Of a stretch of DNA of 64,000 bases, positions 37,462 through 47,843 are shown piece after piece. The notes beneath the pieces are model-generated. The model worked only from the letters and a program-made list of their open reading frames with translations. It was not told where the DNA came from and ran no database searches. Source of the stretch: Candidatus Nomurabacteria bacterium (GTDB lineage: Bacteria; Patescibacteriota; Minisyncoccia; Phycocordibacterales; UBA10002); the NCBI GenBank assembly GCA_943349725.1, contig CALQZP010000001.1:5401-69400 (forward strand), written 5' to 3'. The translations under genes were made by a program, and so were the position numbers. Each line of letters begins with the position of its first letter. The stretch's first letter is position 1.

Positions 37462-40300
37462 CCGCGTCGGTAGTCTTCTCAAAAACCAAGTAAGAATTCT
37501 GCGACTTCTTGTCTCGAATATAACGGGTAAGAACATGCCGAGTGCCGTCTGCACTGCGCTCATTTAGAAGTGCGAGGTCAGTCTCTGTCACAGATTCTAA
37601 TGGAACTTTCTTACATATATACCCCGTTGCAGTTTCACATGTCCGCATAATTTCTTCAGATGCAAGATTTTTTGAAATGAATATGTCTTTTTTTGTGTCG
37701 TGTCGAGTAATGTACATCAGATGCGGTTCGTTGACTTGTTTGGTATGCGTTCCAATAAAACCTCGTTCGATATAGTTCGAAGCGACACTTTTATCCGCAA
37801 TACAATTTGCTTCTATCACCGAATCTCTTGCCTGTACATCCAAAGACTGTTGCATCAAAGCTTCGCCTAGGCCTGAACCGGCGTATTTCGGGTTCATGTT
37901 GAAGGCGCCGAAGTAAATCCTGTCTTGAGGAGACATACCAAGCCGGTAAAACCCTTCGATTTCACCTTTGTATCGAAGTACGTAAAACCGATTGGTTGGC
38001 TCTTTCAAAACCCGTTCAAAACTCTCAAGCAACATTTTTTGAAACTCGGGATATGCCGAGTAATTAATTCGATAAAATTCCTTCATTCTTTCTTTATCCA
38101 CTTCAGAAAAAGACTCGGGGGAAATACCTTGAGTAAATTCGACATCCTTTATCTCGGCGAGGTTTAATTGTTCTCCCGTTTTTGCTAACTCTTTGAACGT
38201 AGCGGCAAAAAGTGCGGCATCACCGCGAAGAAGAGAGAGTTCCTGTTCCAAATCCTCAACCGCTCGATCATACTTCCCTTCTTTTGCTGATTTAACTTTT
38301 GTCGCAAACAAAACGAGCAATTCCCTCCCTTTCCTCAACAAATTTTCCCGAACATCTACCACCATCTCCGGTGACCGTGTGCCCGCAAGCTGTCCTGTAT
38401 AACTTTCGGCTTGTTCGGCCGCGTCCACCAGCTCACCATACTTTTCGAATAATCGAGAGGCCTCCGCCTTAGGTAATTTCTCGCCGAGTGCAACAATATC
38501 ATCTCCGAGTTCGCGACCGTATTCGAGGGAAAGAAATGTGCGAAAACCATTTTCTCCATATTTTGCGACAAAGTCTTGTACTTTTTTAATTTCGCCCTCT
38601 TTTTTTGCTTTTATATAATTTAAAAATTGAAACTGCTCACTGGCTGGGAGTCTTTGGATCGGGTACGAAAAAAGCTTCTCGATTTTATTCCTCATCGCTG
38701 GTGTCAACAAATATCTGTAATCAAGAAAAATTTGTTTTCCCTCTTCTTCATTCCCAAGAGAACCTTTCATTGTAGGCCCGTGGGGGTCCATTTTATGGAG
38801 TTCGTATTGGGTAATTATTGGAAGAAAACTTCTTCTTTCATCGCGCACTGAAGAAATCTCACTTTCGAGATTTTCTATATGTTCGGAAATCTCATCAATT
38901 TGATCAACGAGTTCTTTTCGCGTCTTTTTTGACACATCCTCCCTTTTTTTAAAATATTTTTCAAAGTCGTTTAGTGCCCGGTCTTGCAAAATTTTACTTG
39001 TTATTGCTTTTGTTTCCTCAACCGCGCGTTCTTTGTCAGATGCCACAGTACTACCCTCTCCGTAATCCTCGTCTTCTAAGACGTGGAATATAAAATCGCT
39101 TTCTTCAGCTATTTTATTCCTTTGACGAATTAAACTTTTCAACTTCTCTTCACACTTTTCCAATCTTTCAAGTGCTTCAATGTCACCTTCTTTTAAGGAA
39201 TCTGAAACATAAAGACCGTCACTTTTTAATACAGCAATCTTATTCCTCTCGTATTTAAAAAATCTTTCGTTATTTATTAAAGAATCCTTCATACGGCTAC
39301 GGGAAAGAATTTCACCTTGCACCAACTCCAACTGGAGACCCGAGTCATCCTCATTGTTGATAATGTCTTCCGCGCGCATTTTCAATAACATTCCCGAATC
39401 CCCCGTAACTTTCTTTTTTAACACATCTCTAAGCGTTAGAAAAAAAAGATGGTCGGCGCCTCTATCCATCACGGCTTTTATAAACTCCAAAAAAGCGGCT
39501 GTTTGGGCATACTGGCGTTCGTCCTCAAAATTAAGTGCTTCATCAAACTCTTTCTCTATCTCCCACAACAAACTCTCGCCCATATAAGATTCTTCTCCAG
39601 CTGTAAAATCAGAAAAATCTGATGCATCCTCAAATATTGGGTCGTGAAAAGGTCCAGAGAACTCCTTGTTTTTTTTAATTCTCTTATTCGCCTCTTCTGC
39701 ATATTCCCACTCTCTATGAAAGACGTAATACAGAATTCCGTCATCAGCGTCACGAGAAGCAAATTCCCATGCTAAATGCTTATAGGCTTTTATCAATTCG
39801 GGCATACCAGCTGGTCGCGGGACAAGAAGAGCTATTACCTCTTTCTTAACTGCAAGAGGGGGACTTTTTTGTTCTTCCAAACCCTTAATCATTAAGAGTA
39901 AGGCTTTTTTGTGCTCTACTTCGTAGGGTGAATTTACCACCTTCACTTTCTCGGCAAACATTTCATCGTCTTCACAAATTACTAAGTTTTCTGCATATTT
40001 AAGAATATCCTGCTCCACATCAGGAGTAATACGGAATCCACCTTCGTGATACATCTCCCTTTCAGCCTCAATCTTTTCTTGTTTCCACTGCTTCGATAGA
40101 GCTATGGCGACCGTTACAGCATCGGCTTTTTCTTTTACTTTTGTATCCTGTTGGTTGGGAACATCCGGAGTTGGTGTAAACATTTCAGACATGACACCAT
40201 TATAGGCGAGTGGAGGGGAAAGAAAAGGATGCGGAATGCGTCTTGTTTTGTCGCCATATGCATAATGGCGACCACGGTAACCGACTTTTGAGCTATCCAC
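37406..40300 (-). CDS. large acidic coiled-coil protein (964 aa) with a C-terminal GNAT-like acetyltransferase fold
   Basis: C-terminal segment FYVLRYKGEIEGFYRLG...NPKYAGSGLGEALMQ...YIERGF resembles GNAT motifs A/B; the rest is unrecognised. Confidence 0.45.
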   Translation of the reverse strand: MDSSKVGYRGRHYAYGDKTRRIPHPFLSPPLAYNGVMSEMFTPTPDVPNQQDTKVKEKADAVTVAIALSKQWKQEKIEAEREMYHEGGFRITPDVEQDILKYAENLVICEDDEMFAEKVKVVNSPYEVEHKKALLLMIKGLEEQKSPPLAVKKEVIALLVPRPAGMPELIKAYKHLAWEFASRDADDGILYYVFHREWEYAEEANKRIKKNKEFSGPFHDPIFEDASDFSDFTAGEESYMGESLLWEIEKEFDEALNFEDERQYAQTAAFLEFIKAVMDRGADHLFFLTLRDVLKKKVTGDSGMLLKMRAEDIINNEDDSGLQLELVQGEILSRSRMKDSLINNERFFKYERNKIAVLKSDGLYVSDSLKEGDIEALERLEKCEEKLKSLIRQRNKIAEESDFIFHVLEDEDYGEGSTVASDKERAVEETKAITSKILQDRALNDFEKYFKKREDVSKKTRKELVDQIDEISEHIENLESEISSVRDERRSFLPIITQYELHKMDPHGPTMKGSLGNEEEGKQIFLDYRYLLTPAMRNKIEKLFSYPIQRLPASEQFQFLNYIKAKKEGEIKKVQDFVAKYGENGFRTFLSLEYGRELGDDIVALGEKLPKAEASRLFEKYGELVDAAEQAESYTGQLAGTRSPEMVVDVRENLLRKGRELLVLFATKVKSAKEGKYDRAVEDLEQELSLLRGDAALFAATFKELAKTGEQLNLAEIKDVEFTQGISPESFSEVDKERMKEFYRINYSAYPEFQKMLLESFERVLKEPTNRFYVLRYKGEIEGFYRLGMSPQDRIYFGAFNMNPKYAGSGLGEALMQQSLDVQARDSVIEANCIADKSVASNYIERGFIGTHTKQVNEPHLMYITRHDTKKDIFISKNLASEEIMRTCETATGYICKKVPLESVTETDLALLNERSADGTRHVLTRYIRDKKSQNSYLVFEKTTDAAIEEFSRPQKPLLLGVRD

Positions 40301-40375
40301 TACTGTTTCGGTAACCTTTTTAATGAGCTACAACGAAATTTTGAGTGTGCCAGAAAAATGTGCTAGTATACCAGT

Positions 40376-40582
40376 ATGAACCTGACACTCACCATAACAC
40401 CGAAAACGGTGCGGGGGTCTAAAAAGTTCGTCGTAGAAATGGACGCTGACAAGCTGGAGCGCATGGCGGCGGCTTTTGGCATGTTTAACCCGGATTTTCT
40501 TGCGAGCATTGAGCGTGCGGAGGAAGATTACCGCAATGGCCGCGTCTATGATGTTGAATCGCTCGAAGAACTCCGCAAATAA
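40376..40582 (+). CDS. putative antitoxin
   Basis: 68 aa acidic protein immediately upstream of a RelE/ParE-like toxin. Confidence 0.45.
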   Translation: MNLTLTITPKTVRGSKKFVVEMDADKLERMAAAFGMFNPDFLASIERAEEDYRNGRVYDVESLEELRK

Positions 40583-40596
40583 TCACTCAACCGAAT

Positions 40597-40866
40597 ATGC
40601 GTATTCGCTTTACGGAAGAGTTCAAACAGCGGTATAACCAATTGCCGCGCATTCTCCAAAAGAAAGCTGACAAGCAACAGCGTCTTTTTCGAAGTAATCC
40701 GTTTCACCCATCTCTGAACACAGAGAAGCTCGCGCCAAAAAGCAGAGAGGTGTGGACTTTTCGCGTTGACCGTAAATATCGTATCGCTTTTAGGTTTATA
40801 GACGGAGACACTATTCTTGCACTTACGGTCGGTCCGCATGACTGGATTTACAAAATCTTTAGATGA
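40597..40866 (+). CDS. RelE/ParE-family toxin
   Basis: 89 aa; ...VWTFRVDRKYRIAFRFIDGDTILALTVGPHDWIYK matches the RelE/ParE core. Confidence 0.6.
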   Translation: MRIRFTEEFKQRYNQLPRILQKKADKQQRLFRSNPFHPSLNTEKLAPKSREVWTFRVDRKYRIAFRFIDGDTILALTVGPHDWIYKIFR

Positions 40867-40869
40867 GCT

Positions 40870-41436
40870 ATGAGTGGGCACAATAAGTGGTCGCAGATAA
40901 AACTCAAAAAAGGTAAGACTGACGCGAAAAAGAGCCAGGTGTTTTCAAAGTATGCAAAACTGATTGCGAATGAGGCGCGGGAGGCGAAAGGAAACCGCGA
41001 AGCGCCGGCGCTTCGGACGGCGATTGATCGTGCCCGCAAAGAAAATATGCCCAGCGAGAACATTGAACGCGCCATCAAGAAGGCCACCGAGGGCGGAGGC
41101 GCACTAGAGGCGATTATGTACGAAGGATACGGCCCTGGGGGCGTCGCCCTTCTTATTGAAGTTCTTACCGACAGCAAAAACCGCTCGGCGGGTGAGATAA
41201 AGCACCTCCTCGCTGAAAACGGAGGGAATCTCGCCTCCCCAGGAGCTGCGGTTTGGTCGTTTGAGAAGCTCGACACTAATACACGAATGAGCGCGAATGA
41301 CACGAATAACGCTGAGCGTTGGAGAGCGACGACGACGGTTCCGCTTGAGAATGCCGATATTGAAAAGCTGGAAAAATTGGTTGAGGCGCTAGAGGGAAAC
41401 GAGGATGTGCAGGAAGTGGTCACCAATGCTGAGTAG
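40870..41436 (+). CDS. yebC: YebC/PmpR-family transcriptional regulator
   Basis: MSGHNKWSQIKLKKGKTDAKK is the canonical YebC N-terminus; shorter than typical (188 aa). Confidence 0.75.
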   Translation: MSGHNKWSQIKLKKGKTDAKKSQVFSKYAKLIANEAREAKGNREAPALRTAIDRARKENMPSENIERAIKKATEGGGALEAIMYEGYGPGGVALLIEVLTDSKNRSAGEIKHLLAENGGNLASPGAAVWSFEKLDTNTRMSANDTNNAERWRATTTVPLENADIEKLEKLVEALEGNEDVQEVVTNAE

Positions 41437-41549
41437 CCCCTTAGCTATCTTTCTAAACCTTTTGTAATTCTAAAGAAAACAACGAGCCAGATATCGTATA
41501 ATAAGGCTAAAAATATAGGTATCCTTATGTAATTGGGAATTACTCTTGC

Positions 41550-43022
41550 TTGAGAAACATGTATATGGAAAAACAAAAACAATGGGAGCCTCGTGCGCTA
41601 GAATTGCTTAAAAGGAGTCTCGAGCCCCTCCCACAAGAACTTAATGAGATAGACTGGAAGGTTAACTTTTCTGAGAAAGGAAACCGCCCAGCAAAGCATC
41701 TCTCAGCCCTTGCCAATTATTCAGAAGGGGGATTTCTAGTCTTTGGCGTTAGCGACGAAGGGAAAAAGAGGGGTATCGACACAAAGTCATGTAGGGATAT
41801 CGTACAAAAGATAGGAAACCTTGCGAGAGAAGGCCTTGAGCCACCTATAGTTGTTGACACTTCAGTAGTTGAGGTAGGAAAGTCTAATCTTTTGTTTGTC
41901 TTTATAAAAGAATCGGAAACTAAACCTGTACACTTGAGAGGAAACTCTATTTATGAATCCTATACTCGTTCTGCAGGACAAACCAGGAAATTAACAAAAC
42001 AGGAAGTGGCTCGGATGATTTCAAGTTCAACAGGTTTAACATTTGAAACAAAACTTGCTTCAGGTTCCTTGCTAAAAGAAGAGGTGGTAGCAAAACTCGA
42101 CTTTTCTATCTACTTTGACCTGCTGAAGAAACCTTTACCTTCGTCTACAGATTCAATCATTGAAATCCTTTTGGCCGATAAACTAATAAAAAGAGCGAGT
42201 GATGGCTTTTACATAACAAATCTGGGTGCCATTCTTCTTGCGAAAGAACTCGACGACTTTGAAGAATTGAAGAGAAGATCTATCCGACTTATACAGTATC
42301 GGGGAAAAGATAGGCTGGAGAGATTAAAGGAAATAACAGGACATAAAGGTTATGCCGCAGGTTTCGTCAGTCTTATAAATTACATAAATGCACTACTTCC
42401 ATCAAATGAGTTTATAAAAGAATCTCTAAGAAATGAGGTTAAGCTGTATCCTAATCTGTCTCTTCGAGAATTAATTGCAAATGCTCTTATCCACCAAGAT
42501 TTTGAAATTGTAGGTTCGAGCCCTGTAGTTGAAATCTTCGAAGACAGAATTGAGGTTAGAAACCCAGGAAGACCGCTTGTAAGAACTGAACGTTTCTTAG
42601 ATCATCCCCCTCGTTCAAGAAATGAACAACTTGCGTCATTAATGAGACGCTTTGGGATGTGCGAGGAATCCGGAACGGGGATTGATAAGATAGTTTCTCA
42701 GTGTGAAGTGTACCAGCTCCCGGCCCCTAATTTTGTGGTTGAAGATGACCACCTAATTGCAACTCTGTATGCTCCGAGAACATTAACAAAAATGGACCGA
42801 GCCGATAGAATACGGGCGTGTTATTTGCATGCTTGTTTAAGATACGTTTCAAAGGAAGTAGTTACAAACGCTAGTATTCGAACTCGATTTAAGATATCTA
42901 AAACAAACTATCCGCTTGCTTCAAAAATATTATCTGAAACTCTAGAGGCCAAGCTAATAAAACAACGTGATCCCTCAAATAAATCTCGTAAACACGCACA
43001 ATATGTTCCTCATTGGGCGTAA
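41550..43022 (+). CDS. AlbA_2 (Schlafen-like divergent AAA) plus HATPase_c_4 domain protein (RecG-C-like putative regulator)
   Basis: 490 aa; LIANALIHQDFEIVGSSPVVEIFEDRIEVRNPG is the HATPase_c_4 signature; the N-terminal half resembles AlbA_2. Confidence 0.55.
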   Translation: MRNMYMEKQKQWEPRALELLKRSLEPLPQELNEIDWKVNFSEKGNRPAKHLSALANYSEGGFLVFGVSDEGKKRGIDTKSCRDIVQKIGNLAREGLEPPIVVDTSVVEVGKSNLLFVFIKESETKPVHLRGNSIYESYTRSAGQTRKLTKQEVARMISSSTGLTFETKLASGSLLKEEVVAKLDFSIYFDLLKKPLPSSTDSIIEILLADKLIKRASDGFYITNLGAILLAKELDDFEELKRRSIRLIQYRGKDRLERLKEITGHKGYAAGFVSLINYINALLPSNEFIKESLRNEVKLYPNLSLRELIANALIHQDFEIVGSSPVVEIFEDRIEVRNPGRPLVRTERFLDHPPRSRNEQLASLMRRFGMCEESGTGIDKIVSQCEVYQLPAPNFVVEDDHLIATLYAPRTLTKMDRADRIRACYLHACLRYVSKEVVTNASIRTRFKISKTNYPLASKILSETLEAKLIKQRDPSNKSRKHAQYVPHWA

Positions 43023-43072
43023 CATTCAATATAAAACAACTAAATTATAAAAAATACTTTAAGAACTAGCGT

Positions 43073-43615
43073 ATGCGCATTATTGCTATTGACCCTGGAT
43101 ACGAGCGTCTTGGTATCGCCGTGGTTGAGAAACTTCCACGGCAGAAGGAGATGCTTTTGTATTCCACTTGTATACGTACACCAAAAACGCTTCCCCACTC
43201 GGCACGCCTTTTGAAAATTGCGGGCAAGGTGCGAGAAGTGATTAGAGAGTACGAGCCGGAGGGATTTGCCATTGAAACACTGTTCTTCGCCACCAACCAC
43301 AAAACCGTGATGCCTGTTGCCGAGGCGCGTGGTGCGGTGCTTGTGGAGGCGGCAAGGGCAGGACTTCCCGTCTACGAATACACACCCCTTCAGATAAAGA
43401 TGGCGGTTACCGGCTACGGCAAAAGCGACAAAACCCAGGTCACCGAAATGGTGAAGAAGCTTATTGCAATGCCTTCAGAAAAATCCCTCCCCCTCGAAGA
43501 CTCGGGTACTCCCTTTACAAAAGGGAGAATACGCCTGGACGATGAGTATGACGCAATTGCGGTGGGACTGACCTGCCTGGCATCACAGAAATGGAACAGG
43601 GACCATGAAATATGA
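43073..43615 (+). CDS. ruvC: crossover junction endodeoxyribonuclease RuvC
   Basis: MRIIAIDPGYERLGIAVVE plus the RNase H-like fold. Confidence 0.85.
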   Translation: MRIIAIDPGYERLGIAVVEKLPRQKEMLLYSTCIRTPKTLPHSARLLKIAGKVREVIREYEPEGFAIETLFFATNHKTVMPVAEARGAVLVEAARAGLPVYEYTPLQIKMAVTGYGKSDKTQVTEMVKKLIAMPSEKSLPLEDSGTPFTKGRIRLDDEYDAIAVGLTCLASQKWNRDHEI

Positions 43616-43909
43616 ACTACTGGCTCCCCGCCTCCGCGGGGATGACACCGCTGTCCACAGGCGGTGTCACTTGCAAAAATCTGATGGTATTGATACATTC
43701 GGAGCGTTAACAATTAGAATTCGTACAACGTATGGAAGAAGATGTCGTAAATCCGGTCCCTCCCGTAGAAGGAGAAGAGGGGGATGACAAAGAAGTTGAC
43801 CCCGATATGCTTGAGGACACGTTTGATGATGTGGACCCGCTCTAACTCTCCGTTGCTAAGGTTACGGAAAGACGAGCGTACCAAAACCACCCTCTCGGGT
43901 GGTTTTTGG

Positions 43910-45124
43910 TTACTTGATTTCAATAAATCGGTGCTTGCCGATACGGTACTTTCCTGGAGGAGCCGACTTAAGAAAATCTTCACCTACTTTGGTGTCGGTA
44001 TCAAGATTGGTGACCGCTCCTTCTCCGATAAGCCGGCGGAGGTCTGTTTTTGAGGAAATAATACCTTTTTCAATAAGTACCTCCGCGGTTTCCCTACCCG
44101 ACAGCGAAATAGATACAAACTCTTGTGGCTTCCCTTCCGAAAACGTGGCGTCAAAATCTTTTCTCGCCTGCACCGCTTTTTCCTTGCCGTGAATGAGTGC
44201 GGTAATTTCTTCGGCAAGCTGTAGTTTCAGGTTCTTAGGATTCTCACCTCGTTCAAGAGCGGACTTAACCGTTTCTATTTCGGACTGTGCGACGCGGGTA
44301 CAGAGTTCAAACCCAAGCAGTATCTGTCCGTCAGGCCAGCTCATCACCTTCCCGAAGACGTCGGTAGGGGTGTCGGACAGCGCCACCATATTTCCCTCTG
44401 TCTTCCCCATCTTCTTTCCGCTGGGGTCTGCGAGAAGTTTCATCGCGACGACAAACTTCTCACGCTTTTGCAAAGACTTAACGAGGTCGCGCCCGACGAG
44501 CATATTGAACGTCTGGTCATTGCCTCCGACTTCGCCATCAACCTCCATAGCAACCGAATCGTATCCCTGCAGTATCGGGTACATAAGCTCATTCATATAT
44601 AAGTCTTTTCCCTCTTCAATCCGTTTTTGAAACATATCCCTTTTTACGATTTGGGAGTGAGTAACATGAGAAAGTATCTTTATTACATCCGTCAAAGAAA
44701 GCTTCCCAAGCCAAGAGGCGTTATAAAGAAGTTTTGCGGGGTTTGACCCACTAAAATTGAGAACCTTCGACACCTGATCCTTGTACCACCTCGCGTTCTT
44801 CAAAACTTGCTCGTGAGTTAGCGGTACTCGTGCCGTCATCTTATCGGGGTCACCAATGGTCGCCGTAAAATCACCAATAAGAAGAACAACTTCATGTCCG
44901 AGTTCTTGAAATTGACGGAGCTTGAGAAGTGGAATCATATGTCCGATGTGGAGCGTCGGTCCCGTCGGGTCTATCCCGAGAAAGAACTTAAGGCGCTTCC
45001 CGCCCACAAGTGCTTTCTCAAGAAACTCTTCATTGGGAAATACACGTTCCACTCCGCGGGTAAGAAATTCGCGGATTTTGGCAGGGTCGTTACTCACTAT
45101 CTGGTTTTTCCTGAAAAATGACAT
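43910..45124 (-). CDS. tyrS: tyrosine--tRNA ligase
   Basis: 404 aa; HIGH (TLHIGHMIP) and KMSKS (KMGKT) motifs, C-terminal S4 domain. Confidence 0.9.
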   Translation of the reverse strand: MSFFRKNQIVSNDPAKIREFLTRGVERVFPNEEFLEKALVGGKRLKFFLGIDPTGPTLHIGHMIPLLKLRQFQELGHEVVLLIGDFTATIGDPDKMTARVPLTHEQVLKNARWYKDQVSKVLNFSGSNPAKLLYNASWLGKLSLTDVIKILSHVTHSQIVKRDMFQKRIEEGKDLYMNELMYPILQGYDSVAMEVDGEVGGNDQTFNMLVGRDLVKSLQKREKFVVAMKLLADPSGKKMGKTEGNMVALSDTPTDVFGKVMSWPDGQILLGFELCTRVAQSEIETVKSALERGENPKNLKLQLAEEITALIHGKEKAVQARKDFDATFSEGKPQEFVSISLSGRETAEVLIEKGIISSKTDLRRLIGEGAVTNLDTDTKVGEDFLKSAPPGKYRIGKHRFIEIK

Positions 45125-45238
45125 AGCCTAACGGTACCACACCTTACGTGAATAATGAATTAAGAATTCAGAATTAAGGGAAAGAAATTAAACTGGCCTC
45201 TTCCTTACTTCATAATTCATACTTCATAATTCTTTCTC

Positions 45239-47776
45239 TTGTGTTACTATCTTCCCATGTCGCGCCTCAAGAAACACCGACATCTCATTAGAAACCTCCT
45301 TCTCCTTGGCCTTTCGGTTGGTCTTTTTACCACGGGGGTGCTCACCCTCTGGGTATCTTCCTGGAAGCTTCCCGACCTTGCGGAGTTTGATAATCGAAAA
45401 GTGAGTGAGTCCACAAAAATATACGACCGTACCGGGGAAATTGTCCTGTATGACCTTCACAAAGGAGCCCAGCGCACTATTGTCCCCTACAACGAAATAT
45501 CGCTCAATGTTAAAAACGCGACGGTCGCTATTGAGGACAGTGAGTTTTGGCAACACAACGGCATCCGAGTTAAAGCGATTGTGCGCGCCGTATTCTCAAA
45601 CCTCTTTGCAGGGAACCTCCTCGGAGGACAGGGTGGCTCCACGATCACACAGCAAGTTGTCAAAAACTCGCTCCTAACCAACGAAAAAAAGATTTCTAGA
45701 AAACTCAAAGAGTGGGTACTTGCAATTCGTCTTGAAAAGACGATGAACAAAGAGACGATTCTCTCACTCTATCTCAATGAGATTCCCTATGGAGGAACTC
45801 TTTACGGTATTGAGGAGGCATCGCAGGCTTTCTTGGGTAAAAGCTCACACGACCTTTCTATTGCCGAGGCGGCTTATATGTCGGCTCTTCCTAATGCTCC
45901 GACGTATTATTCACCGTACGGCAACCACAGAGACAAGCTTGAAGAACGCAAGAACGTGGTGCTCCGTAGAATGGAAGAAGTAGGCTTTATCACAAAAGCA
46001 GAGCACGAAAAGGCGAAAAAAGAAGTGGTCACTTTTAAACCAAATACTGAAACAGGTATCCTTGCTCCTCATTTTGTTATCTATATTCGGCAGTACCTTG
46101 AAGAAAAGTACGGCCGTGAGGCCCTTGAGGAACAAGGGCTCAAGGTGATTACCACGCTTGACTACGACCTACAAAGAGTAGCAGAGGAGATTGTAAAGAA
46201 ATACGCGCTGGAGAACAAGAAAAAGTTTGACGCGGAAAACGCTTCGCTTTCCGCGATTGACCCAAAAACTGGACAGATTCTGGTTATGGTGGGTTCTCGT
46301 GATTATTTTGACAAAGAGATTGAGGGAAATTTTAACGCGACCATTGCCTATCGCCAGCCGGGTTCGTCTTTTAAACCGTTCGTCTACGCGGCGGCCATTG
46401 CGAAGGGATACACCCCAGAAACGGTGGTGTTTGACCTCCCCACCGAGTTTTCCACCGAGTGCAACCCCGACGGCCTCCCGAAGGTTCCCGAAAATGCCGA
46501 CAAGTGCTACAAGCCGGGAAACTATGACGACAAATACCGCGGGCCGATGACCTTCCGCACGGCCTTGGCCCAATCGGTGAATGTACCTGCCATTCAGGTC
46601 CTCTACCTTGCGGGAATCAAAGAATCTTTGCGTCTTGCCAAAGATATGGGACTCACCACACTCAAAGACCCTGACCGCTATGGACTTACCCTGGTGCTCG
46701 GTGGTGGCGAGGTAAAGCTTCTTGAGCTCACCGGGGCTTATGCGACCTTTGCCACAGAGGGTGTTCGTCGAGAGCCGAAGGGTATCCTTCGCATTGAGGA
46801 CAAAAACGGCAATGTACTCGAAGAATGGCGCGATGAGCCCGAGCAGATTTTGAATAGAGAAACAGCGCTTACCATAAGCGACATGCTTTCGGACAATACG
46901 GCGAGGACTCCCGCCTTTGGCGCAATCTCCCCGCTCTATTTCCCAGGGCGAGATGTCGCCGTGAAAACGGGAACCACCAATGATTTCCGTGACGCATGGA
47001 TCGTTGGCTATACTCCCAACCTGTCGGTTGGAGCATGGGCTGGCAACAATGACAACCGCCCGATGAACAAAGTGGCTGCCTACATCGTCGCCCCCTTATG
47101 GAATGCGTTTATGCAGGAGGCACTCAAACGCTTTCCTGTGGAATCATTTGAAAAACCTGCCGAAACCGACACTTCTTCTCTCCCGCCCATACTCCGCGGT
47201 ATCTGGCAGGGAAATAAGACCTACTTCATAGACAAACTCTCGGGAAAGCGAGCGACCGAATTCACTCCGTTAGAGTTTAGGGAAGAGAAAGCGATTAGAG
47301 AGGTGCATTCTTTGCTCTACTCCGTTGATAAAAATAATCCGACTGTTCCTCGGGTGACGGCACCACAGACTGACTCCCAATATGAGTACTGGGAATACGC
47401 GGTTCGTAAGTGGGCGGGAGAACAAGGCCTTACCGACGAAACCGAAGACTCCGTCTCCAATGCGACCGATGACATTCACCGACCGGAATTTTCTCCCGTT
47501 ATTCTGGTAACCAATCCCGTAGCGGGCTCGGTTCTTTCCGAAAAGGAAACGCTGGTTCTTCGCGCGACCATTACCGCGCGTTTCCCGATAGCGCAGGTAC
47601 ACTTCTTCATCAATAACTCTTTTATGGGGTCAAGCAAAAAAGCCCCGTGGCAGATTTCACTCTCACCTTCAGATCTTGAATCGATACTCTCCTCAGAAAA
47701 CGACCTCTCGGTCGTGGCGTATGATGTGTTTCAAAACAAAGGACAGGTTTCGATCACCTTCAGTACAACCGACTGA
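45239..47776 (+). CDS. bifunctional penicillin-binding protein 1A (transglycosylase/transpeptidase)
   Basis: 845 aa; N-terminal TM helix, GT51 motifs (EDSEFWQHNGI), transpeptidase SSFKPF active-site Ser motif. Confidence 0.85.
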   Translation: MCYYLPMSRLKKHRHLIRNLLLLGLSVGLFTTGVLTLWVSSWKLPDLAEFDNRKVSESTKIYDRTGEIVLYDLHKGAQRTIVPYNEISLNVKNATVAIEDSEFWQHNGIRVKAIVRAVFSNLFAGNLLGGQGGSTITQQVVKNSLLTNEKKISRKLKEWVLAIRLEKTMNKETILSLYLNEIPYGGTLYGIEEASQAFLGKSSHDLSIAEAAYMSALPNAPTYYSPYGNHRDKLEERKNVVLRRMEEVGFITKAEHEKAKKEVVTFKPNTETGILAPHFVIYIRQYLEEKYGREALEEQGLKVITTLDYDLQRVAEEIVKKYALENKKKFDAENASLSAIDPKTGQILVMVGSRDYFDKEIEGNFNATIAYRQPGSSFKPFVYAAAIAKGYTPETVVFDLPTEFSTECNPDGLPKVPENADKCYKPGNYDDKYRGPMTFRTALAQSVNVPAIQVLYLAGIKESLRLAKDMGLTTLKDPDRYGLTLVLGGGEVKLLELTGAYATFATEGVRREPKGILRIEDKNGNVLEEWRDEPEQILNRETALTISDMLSDNTARTPAFGAISPLYFPGRDVAVKTGTTNDFRDAWIVGYTPNLSVGAWAGNNDNRPMNKVAAYIVAPLWNAFMQEALKRFPVESFEKPAETDTSSLPPILRGIWQGNKTYFIDKLSGKRATEFTPLEFREEKAIREVHSLLYSVDKNNPTVPRVTAPQTDSQYEYWEYAVRKWAGEQGLTDETEDSVSNATDDIHRPEFSPVILVTNPVAGSVLSEKETLVLRATITARFPIAQVHFFINNSFMGSSKKAPWQISLSPSDLESILSSENDLSVVAYDVFQNKGQVSITFSTTD

Positions 47777-47843
47777 ATGAGAAGCTGGACCCCGTATCCA
47801 AGGTACGGGGCGCGAAGGATATAGTCGCTTTGCTCCTTATCCT

